Assembly: GCA_963668695.2 (NCBI GenBank)
Contig: CAXXLQ010000004.1
Span: forward strand, 1-64,000
Reading direction: 5' to 3'
Source: Vicinamibacteria bacterium
Lineage (GTDB): Bacteria; Acidobacteriota; Vicinamibacteria; Marinacidobacterales; Marinacidobacteraceae
DNA: 64,000 bases
The position numbers were made by a program, and so were the translations under genes. How positions within the stretch are numbered: position 1 is the first letter of the stretch; each line of letters starts with the position of its first letter. Positions 42,206-52,659 of the stretch are shown here, piece after piece. Below the pieces are notes generated by a model. It saw only the letters and a program-made list of their open reading frames with translations, was not told the DNA's origin and made no database searches.

Positions 42206-43575
42206 CGCCGGACTCCTTCCCGCGGTCCCCGCGGGCCGGGCCTGCCGGGGCCGGGCTCCGCGTCGTCCCCCTCGGACAACTTCTCTTCGAGTTCGGCGCG
42301 TTCGGCGGCAGCACTCTCCCGCATCGCCAGATCCTGCTCGCGGCTGAAGAGCATCTCCCCATCCACGAAGGTCATCTGGTTCACCGCGTAGGTGCTCAGC
42401 GGATGGCGGTCGAAGACCGCCAGGTCCGCGTCTTTCCCCACCTCGATCGAACCGATCCAGTCCCCGACCCCGAGCTGAATCGCCGGGTTGATGGTGATCA
42501 TGCGGAGCGCCTGTTCCTCGGTCATGCCGCCCCACTTCACGGTCTTGGCGGCCTCCTGATTCAGGTGCCGGGCTTCCTCCGCGCTGTCGGAGTTGATGGA
42601 TACCAGAATCCCCCGCTCGGTCATGAGCGCCGCGTTGTAGGGAATGGCGTCGTAGGCCTCGACCTTGTAGCCCCACCAATCCGAAAACGTTGAAGCCCCT
42701 GCCCCGTGCGCCGCGATCTCGTTCGCCACCTTGTAGCCCTCGAGCACGTGCTGGAGCGTCGCGATCCGGAACCCGAATTCCTCGGCGAGCCGCAGGAGCT
42801 GCAGGATTTCGTCCTGCCGGTAGCAGTGGGCATGCACGAGGCGCTCGCCCTCCAGAATCTCGACGAGCGGCTCGAGCTTCATGTCCCGCCGGGGGGGCAA
42901 CACCCGCTCGCCCCGGGCCTTCGCCACCTCGTAGTCGGCGAACTCCTGGCGGTAGGCCTCGGCGTCGGTGAACGCCTGCCGGATCACGTCCTGAACCCCC
43001 ATTCGGGTTGCCGGATAACGCCGCTCGACTCCCGCCGGCATGCCGCGGGACCGCTTCGGGTTCTCGCCGAGCGCGAACTTGATTCCCGGCGGCGCCCCCT
43101 CGAACACGAGCCCTTCGGCATCCGCTCCCCAGCGGTGCTTGATGACCACGTTCAGGCCGCCGATCGGGTTTGCGCTCCCGTGGAGGATGTTCGAAGTGGT
43201 CACCCCGCCCGCCAGCTCCCGGTAGATGTTGACGTCGTAGGGATCCACCACGTCACCGGTCCCGGTCATGGAGGAGACCGAGACGCTCCCCTCGTTGATG
43301 GACTCGGCGGCGATATGCGAGTGGGCGTCGATGATGCCGGGCATCACGAACATCCCGTCGGCCTCGATCACCTCGGCCCCCGCGGGGACCTCGACGCTCG
43401 CCCCCACTTCGGCGATCTTCCCGTCCCGGATCAGGATCGCTCCCGGCGACAGGATCCCCCCGGTCACGGTGAGCACCGTCGCTCCCCGGATCACGGTGGT
43501 TGCCTCCTGAACGGGGGCGGCGGCAAGCGGCGCGGCGGCGAGCGCCGCCGCCAGAAACAGACTCTTCAGTCGCAT
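42202..43575 (-). CDS. Secreted amidohydrolase family protein
   Basis: Signal peptide; PGIIDAHSH, KFALGENPK, HAHCYR.DE, HVLEGYK, NSD, GSIEVGKDAD. Confidence 0.92.
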   Translation of the reverse strand: MRLKSLFLAAALAAAPLAAAPVQEATTVIRGATVLTVTGGILSPGAILIRDGKIAEVGASVEVPAGAEVIEADGMFVMPGIIDAHSHIAAESINEGSVSVSSMTGTGDVVDPYDVNIYRELAGGVTTSNILHGSANPIGGLNVVIKHRWGADAEGLVFEGAPPGIKFALGENPKRSRGMPAGVERRYPATRMGVQDVIRQAFTDAEAYRQEFADYEVAKARGERVLPPRRDMKLEPLVEILEGERLVHAHCYRQDEILQLLRLAEEFGFRIATLQHVLEGYKVANEIAAHGAGASTFSDWWGYKVEAYDAIPYNAALMTERGILVSINSDSAEEARHLNQEAAKTVKWGGMTEEQALRMITINPAIQLGVGDWIGSIEVGKDADLAVFDRHPLSTYAVNQMTFVDGEMLFSREQDLAMRESAAAERAELEEKLSEGDDAEPGPGRPGPRGPREGVRR

Positions 43576-43579
43576 TGCG

Positions 43580-45067
43580 TTACTCCTCGCTCCCGCTCGG
43601 GGCGGAGCGGCCATCGGCCGAGCGTTCGGGCTCGTCGTCTTCGGTCTCGGCTTCGTCCTCCGCGTCCGGGCGGTGAATCACTCCGTCCACAAACACCGTT
43701 TCCACCCTCGCCCCGTCCTCGAAAATGTCCTTGTCCGCGATCACCAGGTTGGCGATCCGCCCTGTCTGGAGCGTCCCAACCCGGTCCGCCACCCCGAAGA
43801 TCTCCGCCGGGGCCAGAGTGAGCGCGGTCAGCGCCGCCTCCCGCTCGAGGCCGCGCTCGACGGCCTTCCGGACCGCCGCGATATCGCCGCCGGAACTCCC
43901 GGCGGAGGCACCGCGCCCACGCGGCCCTCCGCCCGCTGCCGGGCTCTCCCCCCGGTAGAAGGCGAAACGGACCCCCGCCGCGGCGAGCGCTGCGGGGCCG
44001 GCCGGCGCCTGGTCGCGGAGGCGAAGGGTGCGCAGCGGAATCTCCGCTTCGGGGTCTGCCTGCGGATCGACCTTCGGCCAATTCAGATCCACCAGGATGG
44101 GCACGCCGTGCTCCTTCAGGAACTGCGCGGATTCCCCTGCCTCGTGGCCCCCGTAGAGGACCGGGCGAATACCGAACTCTTCCGCGAGCCCCACCATCCG
44201 GCGCACTTCCTTGTCGAGGCTCGCCGGCAACAGCACCGGCTGGTCACCGGAAGCCGCCGCGGCGAGCGGGGCGAGGGTCCGGTCGTAACGCGGCCGCACG
44301 AGGCCCGCCGGATCCTCTTCGTACATGCGCCAAACCTCGCCGTAGTGCGAAACGTCGAGGAAGAGCTGCCGCAGGTAGGCGATCACCCCCATCAGGGAAC
44401 CGGGGAAGGAGCGGAAACCGCGCGTTCCGAGCCGGACCACCACCGCCACGTCCGGAGCGACCACCAGATCGCGTGAGTCGACTCCTTCGGGGCCGGCCAG
44501 GTTCAGCAAGGCTGCCCGGCCCGAGACGATCCCGTCCGGCGGCGCCGAGACCGCCGAGGTAAACCCGGTGCTCCGGCGCGCCGCGATCCGTTCGTCGCTC
44601 GCCCGCAGGTCGTCGGCGGCGAGTCGCCAGGAGAAGGTGTCGGGCCGGTCCTCGGGCCCCCGCGAAGGAGGCGGAGGCTGCGCGGCGCCCGCACCTGCGG
44701 CGCGTGGCCCCCGGGCCGGGCCGTCGGGCGAACCCCCGCCGAGGCCGAGATCGCTGAGCGCAGTGATGAAACCCGGATAGACGTGCTTCCCGGCCGCATC
44801 CATTCCGGCAGCCCCGGCCGGGACCTCGCCGCCCGCCTCGACCGAAACGATCAGCCCGTCCCGGATTACCACGGTGGCTCCCTCCAGGACGGTCCCGTCG
44901 CCGACGTGGACCATGCCCCCGGTGATCGCCCAGGCCCGCGGGCCCCGGTCGGCCACCTCCCGGGAGGAGAGCTGGGCGGCCGCGGTCGCCGGCCCTGCCG
45001 CGAGGAAGAGCACCGCCAGCGGTGCAAGCAGGCGGGAGGCGCGCCGCCGGAGGTTTCGTCTCGCCAT
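43580..45067 (-). CDS. Secreted amidohydrolase-like protein lacking the HxH metal motif
   Basis: YPGFITALSDLG, FPGSLMG..A.LRQ, G.L..G..ANLV. Confidence 0.85.
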   Translation of the reverse strand: MARRNLRRRASRLLAPLAVLFLAAGPATAAAQLSSREVADRGPRAWAITGGMVHVGDGTVLEGATVVIRDGLIVSVEAGGEVPAGAAGMDAAGKHVYPGFITALSDLGLGGGSPDGPARGPRAAGAGAAQPPPPSRGPEDRPDTFSWRLAADDLRASDERIAARRSTGFTSAVSAPPDGIVSGRAALLNLAGPEGVDSRDLVVAPDVAVVVRLGTRGFRSFPGSLMGVIAYLRQLFLDVSHYGEVWRMYEEDPAGLVRPRYDRTLAPLAAAASGDQPVLLPASLDKEVRRMVGLAEEFGIRPVLYGGHEAGESAQFLKEHGVPILVDLNWPKVDPQADPEAEIPLRTLRLRDQAPAGPAALAAAGVRFAFYRGESPAAGGGPRGRGASAGSSGGDIAAVRKAVERGLEREAALTALTLAPAEIFGVADRVGTLQTGRIANLVIADKDIFEDGARVETVFVDGVIHRPDAEDEAETEDDEPERSADGRSAPSGSEE

Positions 45068-45226
45068 GGCGGGCGAGTCTGTCCGAGCGGCAGGCAGCGG
45101 TCAACCGGGGCGGCACCATCTACGCTGGCGGCGATTCGCGGTTTCGCCAGCCGGCGGCTGGCCGTGCCGGTCGGAGGACCGGCGTTCCCTAACCTTCTTC
45201 CCCACGCGTAAGATTCCGGCCGCCTC

Positions 45227-46756
45227 GTGCCTCGCTTCTACCTGACCACCGCCATCGACTACGTCAACTCACCGCCGCACCTCGGCACGGCCTACGAGAA
45301 GATCACCGCCGACGTGATCGCGCGCTTCAAGCGGAGCGCGGGGTACGACACCCACTTCCTGATGGGGGCCGACGAGCACTCCCTCAACGTGCGCCGGAAG
45401 GCTGAAGAACAGGGCCTCGATCCGCTGGACTACTGCGCCAAGATGGAGGACACCTTCCGCGCGGTCTGGGCGAAGCTCGACGTCTCCTACGACGAGTTCA
45501 TCCGCACCACCGAGAAGCGGCACCACCTGGGGGTCCAGAAGCTGCTCAAGGCGATTCGCGCCCGGGGCGGCATCTACGAGGGAACGTACGAGGGTTGGTA
45601 CTGCGTCTCCTGCGAGGCCTTCAAACAGGAGAAGGATCTTGAAGACGGCACCTGCCCCCTCCACCGGGCAAAGCCGGACTGGATCTCCGAGAAGAACCAC
45701 TTCTTCCGCCTCTCGGCGTACCGCGACCGGTTGCTAGAGTTGTACCGGGACCAGCCGAGCTTTATCGAGCCCGAGACCCGGCGGAACGAGCTGACGAACG
45801 TCCTCGAAGCGGGGCTCCTCGATCTTTCGGTCAGCCGGCCGAGCACCGGCTGGGGAATCCCGGTGCCTTTCGACGACGCCAGCGTGGTGTACGTCTGGTT
45901 CGACGCGCTCATGAACTATCTCTCGGCAACCGGTTACGGGACCGACGAGGAAGGCTGGGAGGAGCGCTGGCCCGCCGACCTCCACATCGTGGGCAAGGAC
46001 ATCACCCGCTTCCACGCCGTGATCTGGCCGGCCATGCTGATGGCGGCCGGGCTTCCCATCCCGCGGCAGGTCTTCGGGCATGGCTTCGTGAACTTCCAGG
46101 GAGAGCGGATGAGCAAGTCGCTCGGAACGGCAGTGGACCCGCTCGAAGCGAGCGACCACTTCGGCCCCGACCCGCTCAGACTCTTCCTGGTCCGCGAAAT
46201 CCAGTACGGACAGGACGGTGACTTCTCCTGGGACCGTTTCGAGGCGCGTTACGACTCGGATCTCGCCAACGCGCTCGGGAACCTGGTCAGCCGCATCACC
46301 TCGATGGCCGCCCGCTATCGCGATGGCCGGCTGGCCGCTTCGGCCCGCTCGGCTCTTCCTGAAATCTCGACCCGGGCGGTCGCCGACTACCGCGAGGCGA
46401 TGGAGGGACTTCGTCTTCACGACGGGGCGGCCGCCGCCTTCCGGATCGTCGGGGCGGTCAACGAATTCCTGACCTTGCGCACTCCCTGGAAGCTCGCCAA
46501 GGATCCGGACGCCGGAGAGGCGCTCGACGAAGCTCTCTACGAAGCCGCGGAGGCAACCCGGATCGCCGCCGTCCTTCTCCATCCGGTCATGCCGAAGTCC
46601 ACCGCTCGCATTCTTGAACGCTTGGGCGGCGCGTCCGCCGATCCGATCCGCTTCGACGAGCACGCCGTCTTTCAGGGAGCCCGGGTCCTCGCCACGCAGG
46701 CGGGGGCACCCCTCTGGCCGCGGCTCTCCACCCGGCGATCAGGAAACCGGGGGTAA
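45227..46756 (+). CDS. metG: Methionine-tRNA ligase (short form)
   Basis: FYLTTAIDYVN..PHLG, YCVSCEAF, YVWFDAL, GKDI.RFH, RMSKS. Confidence 0.96.
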   Translation: MPRFYLTTAIDYVNSPPHLGTAYEKITADVIARFKRSAGYDTHFLMGADEHSLNVRRKAEEQGLDPLDYCAKMEDTFRAVWAKLDVSYDEFIRTTEKRHHLGVQKLLKAIRARGGIYEGTYEGWYCVSCEAFKQEKDLEDGTCPLHRAKPDWISEKNHFFRLSAYRDRLLELYRDQPSFIEPETRRNELTNVLEAGLLDLSVSRPSTGWGIPVPFDDASVVYVWFDALMNYLSATGYGTDEEGWEERWPADLHIVGKDITRFHAVIWPAMLMAAGLPIPRQVFGHGFVNFQGERMSKSLGTAVDPLEASDHFGPDPLRLFLVREIQYGQDGDFSWDRFEARYDSDLANALGNLVSRITSMAARYRDGRLAASARSALPEISTRAVADYREAMEGLRLHDGAAAAFRIVGAVNEFLTLRTPWKLAKDPDAGEALDEALYEAAEATRIAAVLLHPVMPKSTARILERLGGASADPIRFDEHAVFQGARVLATQAGAPLWPRLSTRRSGNRG

Positions 46757-47025
46757 CAGCCTGTGGTGAAACCCACGCGGCCCAGTTCTCCCGGTGGGGG
46801 CTCGAGCGGCGATCCATCCCGCCTGAACCGCCCCCCCACCGGGAGAACTGGCGCTTTGCGGCGCTCGACGTTGCGTTTCGGTCGAAATACACTCGGGCCA
46901 GTTCTCCCGGTGGGGGCTCCTCCCTCACGCGCCTTGTCAGGCGGGCCCCCACCGGGAGGACTGACCCCACCGGGAGAACTGGGCCTCACCGCTCTCGGCG
47001 CTCACCCGGGTTCCACCACAGGCTG
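46757..47025 (-). mobile_element. MITE copy C (inverted) carrying five 21-mer insertions
   Basis: GTAA on both flanks; TIR CAGCCTGTGGTG(A/G)AACCC; motifs at about 46781, 46833, 46897, 46945 and 46964. Confidence 0.85.
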
Positions 47026-47061
47026 GTAAGCGGGCAGGCCACGGCTCGCGGCGCCTCGGGA

Positions 47062-48357
47062 GTGGCGATGACCTCCAGCGCCGCCAATCCCTTCTCGCGG
47101 AATTGGTTGATGGGGTTCCGGGCGGACCTGATCTGGATCATCCTCTCGGCCGGCATCGGTTGGGCCTACCTGGCGCTCATCCTCGGGGTGGGCGCCGGGC
47201 TGGACAACCCGCTCCGGGACGCCTTCGCCACCCTGCGGGTCGGGGACTTCGCCCTCCCGGTGAGCCTGGGACTGGTAGTGGTCACGAGTTGGGCGGTGCT
47301 GCTCGACGCGCCGCACCTGTTCGCCACCCTGGCCCGCACGGTGCTGGATCCCGAGGAATGGCGCCTTCGTGGCGGGGTGCTGCTGGCTTCGTTCGGCTTC
47401 TTCCTGCTTGGCCCGGCCCTCATCCTGGCCCCCCGGCTGCTGGCTTCCGCCGGCGTCCTCCCGTCCGGCTGGCAAACCGCCGGAAGTGTCGTCTTCCTGG
47501 TCTTCTTCCGCCTGTGGGCCTACTACCACGTGGTGCGCCAGCACTGGGGGTTCTTGCGGCTCTACGCCCGCCGGAATCCGGCGGCGGAGGACGAGTTCGA
47601 GCTCCGCGTGGATCGGATCGTCTTCCCGATCGTCTTCTACCTGCCGATCGGGTGGTTCCTGACCGCTCCCTGGTACGGGGGGAGCGGGCTGCCGGAGTTG
47701 GGATTCGCCACCGAGATCGGCGGCCGGGCGCTCGGGTCCTGGCTCCACCTGCCGCTGGGATCGCTCTGGCTCCTCGCCGTGATCGGCTACGCCGCCTTCC
47801 AGTGGCGCCGTTACCTTCAGGGCAAGCCGAGAAATCTCCCCAAACTGCTGCTCCTGGCCGCCACCGTGCCGCTCCACGCCGCGGCGTTTTCGAACCCGCT
47901 TCTCGTCCTCTTCGTGGTGCCGCTGGTCACCGCCGGCCACAACCTCCAGTACCACCGGTTTGTTTGGGACTATGCGAAGCGCCGCTACCGTTCCGGACAC
48001 AGCGCCGCTGCCTTCTCGTTCCGGAGTCCGGCGATCTACTTCGCGCTCGGGCTGGTGTTCACCTTCCTCGCTTACCGGGGACCCCTGGTCCACTCGGTGA
48101 GCGGGATGCTGTCCGGGCTACTCAACCAGGTGCTGCTGCCGCTGGCAGGTCTGGTGGCCGGGGCCCCGGGCGACGGAGGGGGCGCCTTGGGAGCCGAGGT
48201 GGTAGCGGCTTCACTCCTCGGCTGGGCAATGCAGCACTACTACCTCGACGCCCGCATTTGGCGGGTCTCGAAGGATGAACGTCTCCGGAAGGTGCTCGAT
48301 ACGCCCCTTCCCGTGGGAACTACCGCTCCAGGGATTTCCGGAACGCTTCGATCGTAA
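47062..48357 (+). CDS. Uncharacterised integral membrane protein with several His motifs
   Basis: ~9-10 TM; DAPHLFAT, YHVVRQHWG, HNLQYH, QHYYLD. Confidence 0.8.
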   Translation: MAMTSSAANPFSRNWLMGFRADLIWIILSAGIGWAYLALILGVGAGLDNPLRDAFATLRVGDFALPVSLGLVVVTSWAVLLDAPHLFATLARTVLDPEEWRLRGGVLLASFGFFLLGPALILAPRLLASAGVLPSGWQTAGSVVFLVFFRLWAYYHVVRQHWGFLRLYARRNPAAEDEFELRVDRIVFPIVFYLPIGWFLTAPWYGGSGLPELGFATEIGGRALGSWLHLPLGSLWLLAVIGYAAFQWRRYLQGKPRNLPKLLLLAATVPLHAAAFSNPLLVLFVVPLVTAGHNLQYHRFVWDYAKRRYRSGHSAAAFSFRSPAIYFALGLVFTFLAYRGPLVHSVSGMLSGLLNQVLLPLAGLVAGAPGDGGGALGAEVVAASLLGWAMQHYYLDARIWRVSKDERLRKVLDTPLPVGTTAPGISGTLRS

Positions 48358-49183
48358 TCTCCGCCCGGCGCGCCACCATCGCCTGCCCGTTCGCAATCGT
48401 CTGATCGAGCGGGTCGAGCGAGACGCCGTTGATCTCGAAGAGGCCGGCCGCCCGACGTTCGCGCGCCCGGATCGTTCCCGGGTCCACCGTCGCCATGATC
48501 GCGTCGTAGTGATAGTCGTCGTGGATCCCGGCTCGCGACGCGGATTGGACGTCCGGCTCCTGGTGCACCCCGAGTTCCTTGAGCTGTTCGAAGCTCCAGA
48601 TGTCCTCCCGGTAGTACTCGAGGATGTGATGGAGGCGTACGCCGGCATGCGGCGGTTCGGCGTTCCAGCGCTCCGCAACCGCGGCCATTCCGCGCTGGTT
48701 CCCGCCGCTGTCACCGATCATGAGGATGTCGGTGAACCCACTGGTCGCGAGGCTTCGCGCCACGTCGGTGAGGACCATCTCGAAGGTCTCCGGGGTGAGG
48801 CTGAAGGTCCCCGGGAAGCGCATGTGACCGGTCGGGGGGTCGTGGTCCCCTTCGGGCACGAGCTTGACGATGGGAGCGACCAGCGCGTTGCCCAGCCGCC
48901 GGGCAATCGCCTCCGTAGTAGCCCTGAGCACCACGTTGTGCTTCCCGGTGACCACGTAGGGACCGTTCTGCTCGATGCCGCCGGTGGCGACGATCGCGGT
49001 GGTTGCTCCGCCGGCGATCCGGTCGCGCACCTCCATCCAGGTCAGCTCTTCAATGAAGACGCTGTCAAACGCCGCGATGGGCCGCTCGGCGTCGAGCGCG
49101 TTCCAGGGATGATCCTGGGCTCCGCCGCCGCAACTGAGCGTTGCCACCGAAAAAAGAAGAACGAAAAGGCACCGAACGGACAT
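48320..49183 (-). CDS. Creatininase family protein (probable lipoprotein)
   Basis: EELTWMEVRD, GGIEQNGPY, DSGGNQ, HDD; leader ending ATLSC. Confidence 0.88.
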   Translation of the reverse strand: MSVRCLFVLLFSVATLSCGGGAQDHPWNALDAERPIAAFDSVFIEELTWMEVRDRIAGGATTAIVATGGIEQNGPYVVTGKHNVVLRATTEAIARRLGNALVAPIVKLVPEGDHDPPTGHMRFPGTFSLTPETFEMVLTDVARSLATSGFTDILMIGDSGGNQRGMAAVAERWNAEPPHAGVRLHHILEYYREDIWSFEQLKELGVHQEPDVQSASRAGIHDDYHYDAIMATVDPGTIRARERRAAGLFEINGVSLDPLDQTIANGQAMVARRAEITIEAFRKSLER

Positions 49184-49249
49184 AGGGACCATTGTTGGCG
49201 GAGAAGGCCCGTAGCGCAACCGCATCGCGGGTCCAACCCGCGCCCGCCG

Positions 49250-50362
49250 CTACGCGGGAAAGACCGGCACCGGCCCCGCGGGACGAAGACCCACCCGCTG
49301 TCCCGGCCGGAGGAGCCCCTGCCAGATCTCTCGCGCCGGAGACCGTGCGGCAATGGAGTTTCCCGAGGGAAGACGCGCCTCGATGAGCTGGAAGGCTCCG
49401 TGGAACGATGTCCGGGTCAGCACCGCGGAGGTGGCCGCGGCGCGCTCTTCGTCCACGAAGGGCTCCACCAGCAGCCCGTCGAGCGGCAGGAGGACCTCGA
49501 CCGGACCCCGGGGCGGCGCTTCACCGGAAGCCGGCGCCAGGATCTCGACCCGACCAATCTCGCAGACCGCAGTCTTGCCGTCGCTCTCGCCCGGGAGGAA
49601 GTTGGTCTCCCCGAGGAACTCCGCGCCGGCGCGGCTTCCGGGATCCCGGGCGAGTTCCTCGGGCCTTCCGGAACGGACCACCCTCCCGTCCAGCAGGAGA
49701 ACGACCTGGTCCGCGAGCAGAAACGCCTCTTCCCGGTCATGAGTAACGAGTACCGCCGTCGTACCGAGGCGCCGGAGGAGTTGCGCCACTTCCTCCCGCA
49801 CGCCCGCCCGGCGGGGCGCGTCGAGGTTCGAAAACGGCTCGTCCAGCAGCACCACCGCCGGCTCGGGGGCGAGGGCGCGCGCGAGCGCCACCCGTTGCTG
49901 TTCTCCACCGGAGAGTTCGTGGGGCCGCTGCCCTGCCATTTCCGACAACCCGACCATCTGGAGAGCGCCCCAGGCACGCGACAGACCCGCCGGTCCCGGC
50001 ACTCCGAAGGCCACATTCCCGAGGGCGGAGAGATGCGGGAAGAGCGCGTATTCCTGGAACACGAGACCCACCCGCCGCGACTCCGGTGGAACGAACACGC
50101 CCTTTCCGCTCACCGTCCGCCCCAGCAGCCGCACTTCTCCCGCGTCCGCCGTTTCCAGACCGGCCACGATGCGGAGCAGGGTTGTCTTCCCCCCGCCGCT
50201 CGGCCCCAAGACGGCGGTCAGGCTGCCGGAAGGGACATCCAGATCCACTCCGGCCAGCACCGTGCGGTCCGGATCCCGATCCCCGTTGCCGCGAAAGCGT
50301 TTCTCGATCGCCCGGCAACAAAGCGCCGGTTCGTGGGCAGCGTCGCCGCCCGCACCACTCAT
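49250..50362 (-). CDS. fbpC: Fe3+ ABC transporter ATP-binding protein
   Basis: GPSGGGKTT, VFQEYALFPHL, LSGGEQQRVALARA, LLDEPFSNLD. Confidence 0.88.
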   Translation of the reverse strand: MSGAGGDAAHEPALCCRAIEKRFRGNGDRDPDRTVLAGVDLDVPSGSLTAVLGPSGGGKTTLLRIVAGLETADAGEVRLLGRTVSGKGVFVPPESRRVGLVFQEYALFPHLSALGNVAFGVPGPAGLSRAWGALQMVGLSEMAGQRPHELSGGEQQRVALARALAPEPAVVLLDEPFSNLDAPRRAGVREEVAQLLRRLGTTAVLVTHDREEAFLLADQVVLLLDGRVVRSGRPEELARDPGSRAGAEFLGETNFLPGESDGKTAVCEIGRVEILAPASGEAPPRGPVEVLLPLDGLLVEPFVDEERAAATSAVLTRTSFHGAFQLIEARLPSGNSIAARSPAREIWQGLLRPGQRVGLRPAGPVPVFPA

Positions 50363-51951
50363 CAGCGCACCGCCGGACGAAGTGGACGTCCCGGACGCAG
50401 GACGACGAGAAGCGCCACCGCGCAGAACAGGAGCAGGATCAGCGAAGCGGCCGCCGCCCGGCCGAGTTCAACGTTCTCAGCCGCACTCCAGACGGTGGTA
50501 GCGAGAGTGGTGTATCCGGTGGGCGCCAGCATGAGGGTGGCGGGCAACTCCTTGACGCTGGTCAGAAACACGAGGGCGAGTCCCGACGCCAGGCCGGGGC
50601 CGAGCAGGGGCAGCGTAATCTGCAGATGGCGGCGCATCCAGCGGGCGCCCAGGGAACGCGCCGCGTCGTCGAGCCGCGCGCTGAGCGGCGCGAGGGTGGC
50701 CTCGATCGGCGCGATCGCCTGCGGCAACATGTGAACTGCGTACGCGAAGACCAGCAGGGCCAGCGTCTGGTAGAGGAAGGGCGCCAGGTTCACCGCGAAA
50801 AAGACGAGCGACAGGCCGACGACGAGTCCCGGCAAACCGAAACCGATGTGCGAGATGGCACGGAGGGCGGAACTCCGCGGCGAGGGGAAGCGGACCGTCA
50901 GGAAGGCCACCGGGATGGCGAGCGCGGTCGTCACAACCGCGGCGAGCAGCGATACGAGTCCCGTTCGTCCCAGCGCGGGAACGAGCCCGGTCACCGCCCC
51001 GACAGGGGCCTGGACCAGCCAGTAGACACAGACCCCGACCGGAAGGACGAGCGCCGGCAGCAGAACCAGGAGGCACAGGAGCAGCCCCGCCCACTTCCAG
51101 CCGCCGAGCGCGTGGATGCGGGGCGGCCGGGCTTGCACGGCCCCGGGAGACGGGCCCGCGGAACTCTCGAACCGCCTGGCGGCGGCGAGCACCAGGAGGG
51201 TCGCGAACACCAGCAGGAGGGCAAGCCCGGCCGCCGTGTGGCGGTCCAGCGATCCGCGGAGCTGGTTGTAGATGGCCCAGGTGAAGGTCTCGTAGCGCAG
51301 CAGCGAGACGGCTCCGAAGTCGCTCAGGGTGTAAAGCGCCGCGAGCAACCCGCCCGACAACAGGGCCGTCGACAAGAGCGGCAGGGTCACCCGGGTGAAG
51401 CGCCGCCAGCGGCTGGCGCCGAGCACTTTCGCGGCATCGTCGAGCGATCCATCCATAACCGCAAACCGGGCACGGGCCGCCAGATACACGTAGGGGTAGT
51501 TGAGCAGCACGAGTACCAGAAAGGCGCCGGGGAAACCGTAGATCTCCGGAAGCCGTTCCCACCCCGTGAAAGGTTCCAACGCGCGTTGGAGCAGCCCCCG
51601 CGGGCCGAGCGCGGTAGCCACGGTAAAGGCCGCCACGTACGACGGCACCGCGAGCGGCAGCGCCAACAGGCCGGTCAGGATTCGCCGGCCGGGGAGGTCG
51701 GTCCTCGCAGTGAGCCAGGCCAACGGCAGCCCGAGCCCGGCGGCCCCCGTCGCCACCGCTGCGGTCAGGAGGAGGGTCCTGCCAGCGATTCCGATGCTGC
51801 GCTCTCTCAGCAGCACGTCGAACAATCCGCCGCCGCCCAGCGCCCGTCCCGCCAGATAGAGGAGCGGCAGGATGCACATCGCCGCGACAAAGATGCCCGA
51901 GGCCTGGAGAAGCCGGGAAGGCGGGCGGCTCCACCGGGCCGGAGCGCTCAT
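50362..51951 (-). CDS. fbpB: Fe3+ ABC transporter permease
   Basis: Two EAA-like loops; PLAVPSYVAA, LSDFGAV, KELPATL.L.P. Confidence 0.9.
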   Translation of the reverse strand: MSAPARWSRPPSRLLQASGIFVAAMCILPLLYLAGRALGGGGLFDVLLRERSIGIAGRTLLLTAAVATGAAGLGLPLAWLTARTDLPGRRILTGLLALPLAVPSYVAAFTVATALGPRGLLQRALEPFTGWERLPEIYGFPGAFLVLVLLNYPYVYLAARARFAVMDGSLDDAAKVLGASRWRRFTRVTLPLLSTALLSGGLLAALYTLSDFGAVSLLRYETFTWAIYNQLRGSLDRHTAAGLALLLVFATLLVLAAARRFESSAGPSPGAVQARPPRIHALGGWKWAGLLLCLLVLLPALVLPVGVCVYWLVQAPVGAVTGLVPALGRTGLVSLLAAVVTTALAIPVAFLTVRFPSPRSSALRAISHIGFGLPGLVVGLSLVFFAVNLAPFLYQTLALLVFAYAVHMLPQAIAPIEATLAPLSARLDDAARSLGARWMRRHLQITLPLLGPGLASGLALVFLTSVKELPATLMLAPTGYTTLATTVWSAAENVELGRAAAASLILLLFCAVALLVVLRPGRPLRPAVR

Positions 51952-52171
51952 TGTTTCCGGAAAGGGCTGTTCATGAGTGACTCATCACCGTGGCCAGTGC
52001 GGCCGTTCGGCGCTCCCCGGCGTAGAGGGCCAGAGGAGTCGGTGCCGGAGACCTGCCGGGCCGCTACCTCGCGGCGCGCAGCGCCGCGGGGGTGGGATTG
52101 GGATGCGGGGAGGGGTGTCCCCTCCCCGCAAAAAACGACGTCGCGAATCGCGCCGCGAATCGCGACATCAG

Positions 52172-52656
52172 CAGCCGGTGGGCAGAGTGGCGTGAGCACC
52201 GAGAGCGGTGAGGCGCCCGGCTGACAAGGCGCGCGAGGGAGGAGCCCCCACCGGGAGAACTGGCCCGAGTGTGTTTCGACCGAAGCGCAACGATGAGCCA
52301 CGCGAAGCGGGGCGGCCAGTTCTCCCGGTGGGGGCCAGCCGGGATGCATCGCCGCTCGCTTCCGGAGCGGGGCGCCAGCACCGCGGAGACCCCGGAGCGG
52401 AAGAGACGGGGGACGGGAGCACCCGACCCCCATCCCTCTTGACTCGGGCTTCCGGAGCGGGGCGCAAGCACCGCGGAGACCCCGGAGCGAGAGGGATGGG
52501 GGACGGGAACACCCGACCACCATCCCTCTTGACTCGGGCTTCCGGAGCGGGGCGCAAGCACCGCGGAGACCCCGGAGCGAGAGGGATGGGGGACGGGAAC
52601 ACCCGACCACCATCCCTCTTGACTCGGGAATGCCACGAGACTCTGTCTACAGGCTG
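52172..52656 (+). mobile_element. MITE copy D with two 21-mers and a 3x90-bp internal array
   Basis: CAGCCGGTGGGCAGAGT...ACTCTGTCTACAGGCTG; scaffold matches copies A and B. Confidence 0.85.
52358..52627. repeat. Tandem array, 3 x 90 bp
   Basis: Units start at 52358, 52448 and 52538: gcttccggagcggggcgcaagcaccgcggagaccccggagcgagagggatgggggacgggaacacccgaccaccatccctcttgactcgg. Confidence 0.95.
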
Positions 52657-52659
52657 CTT

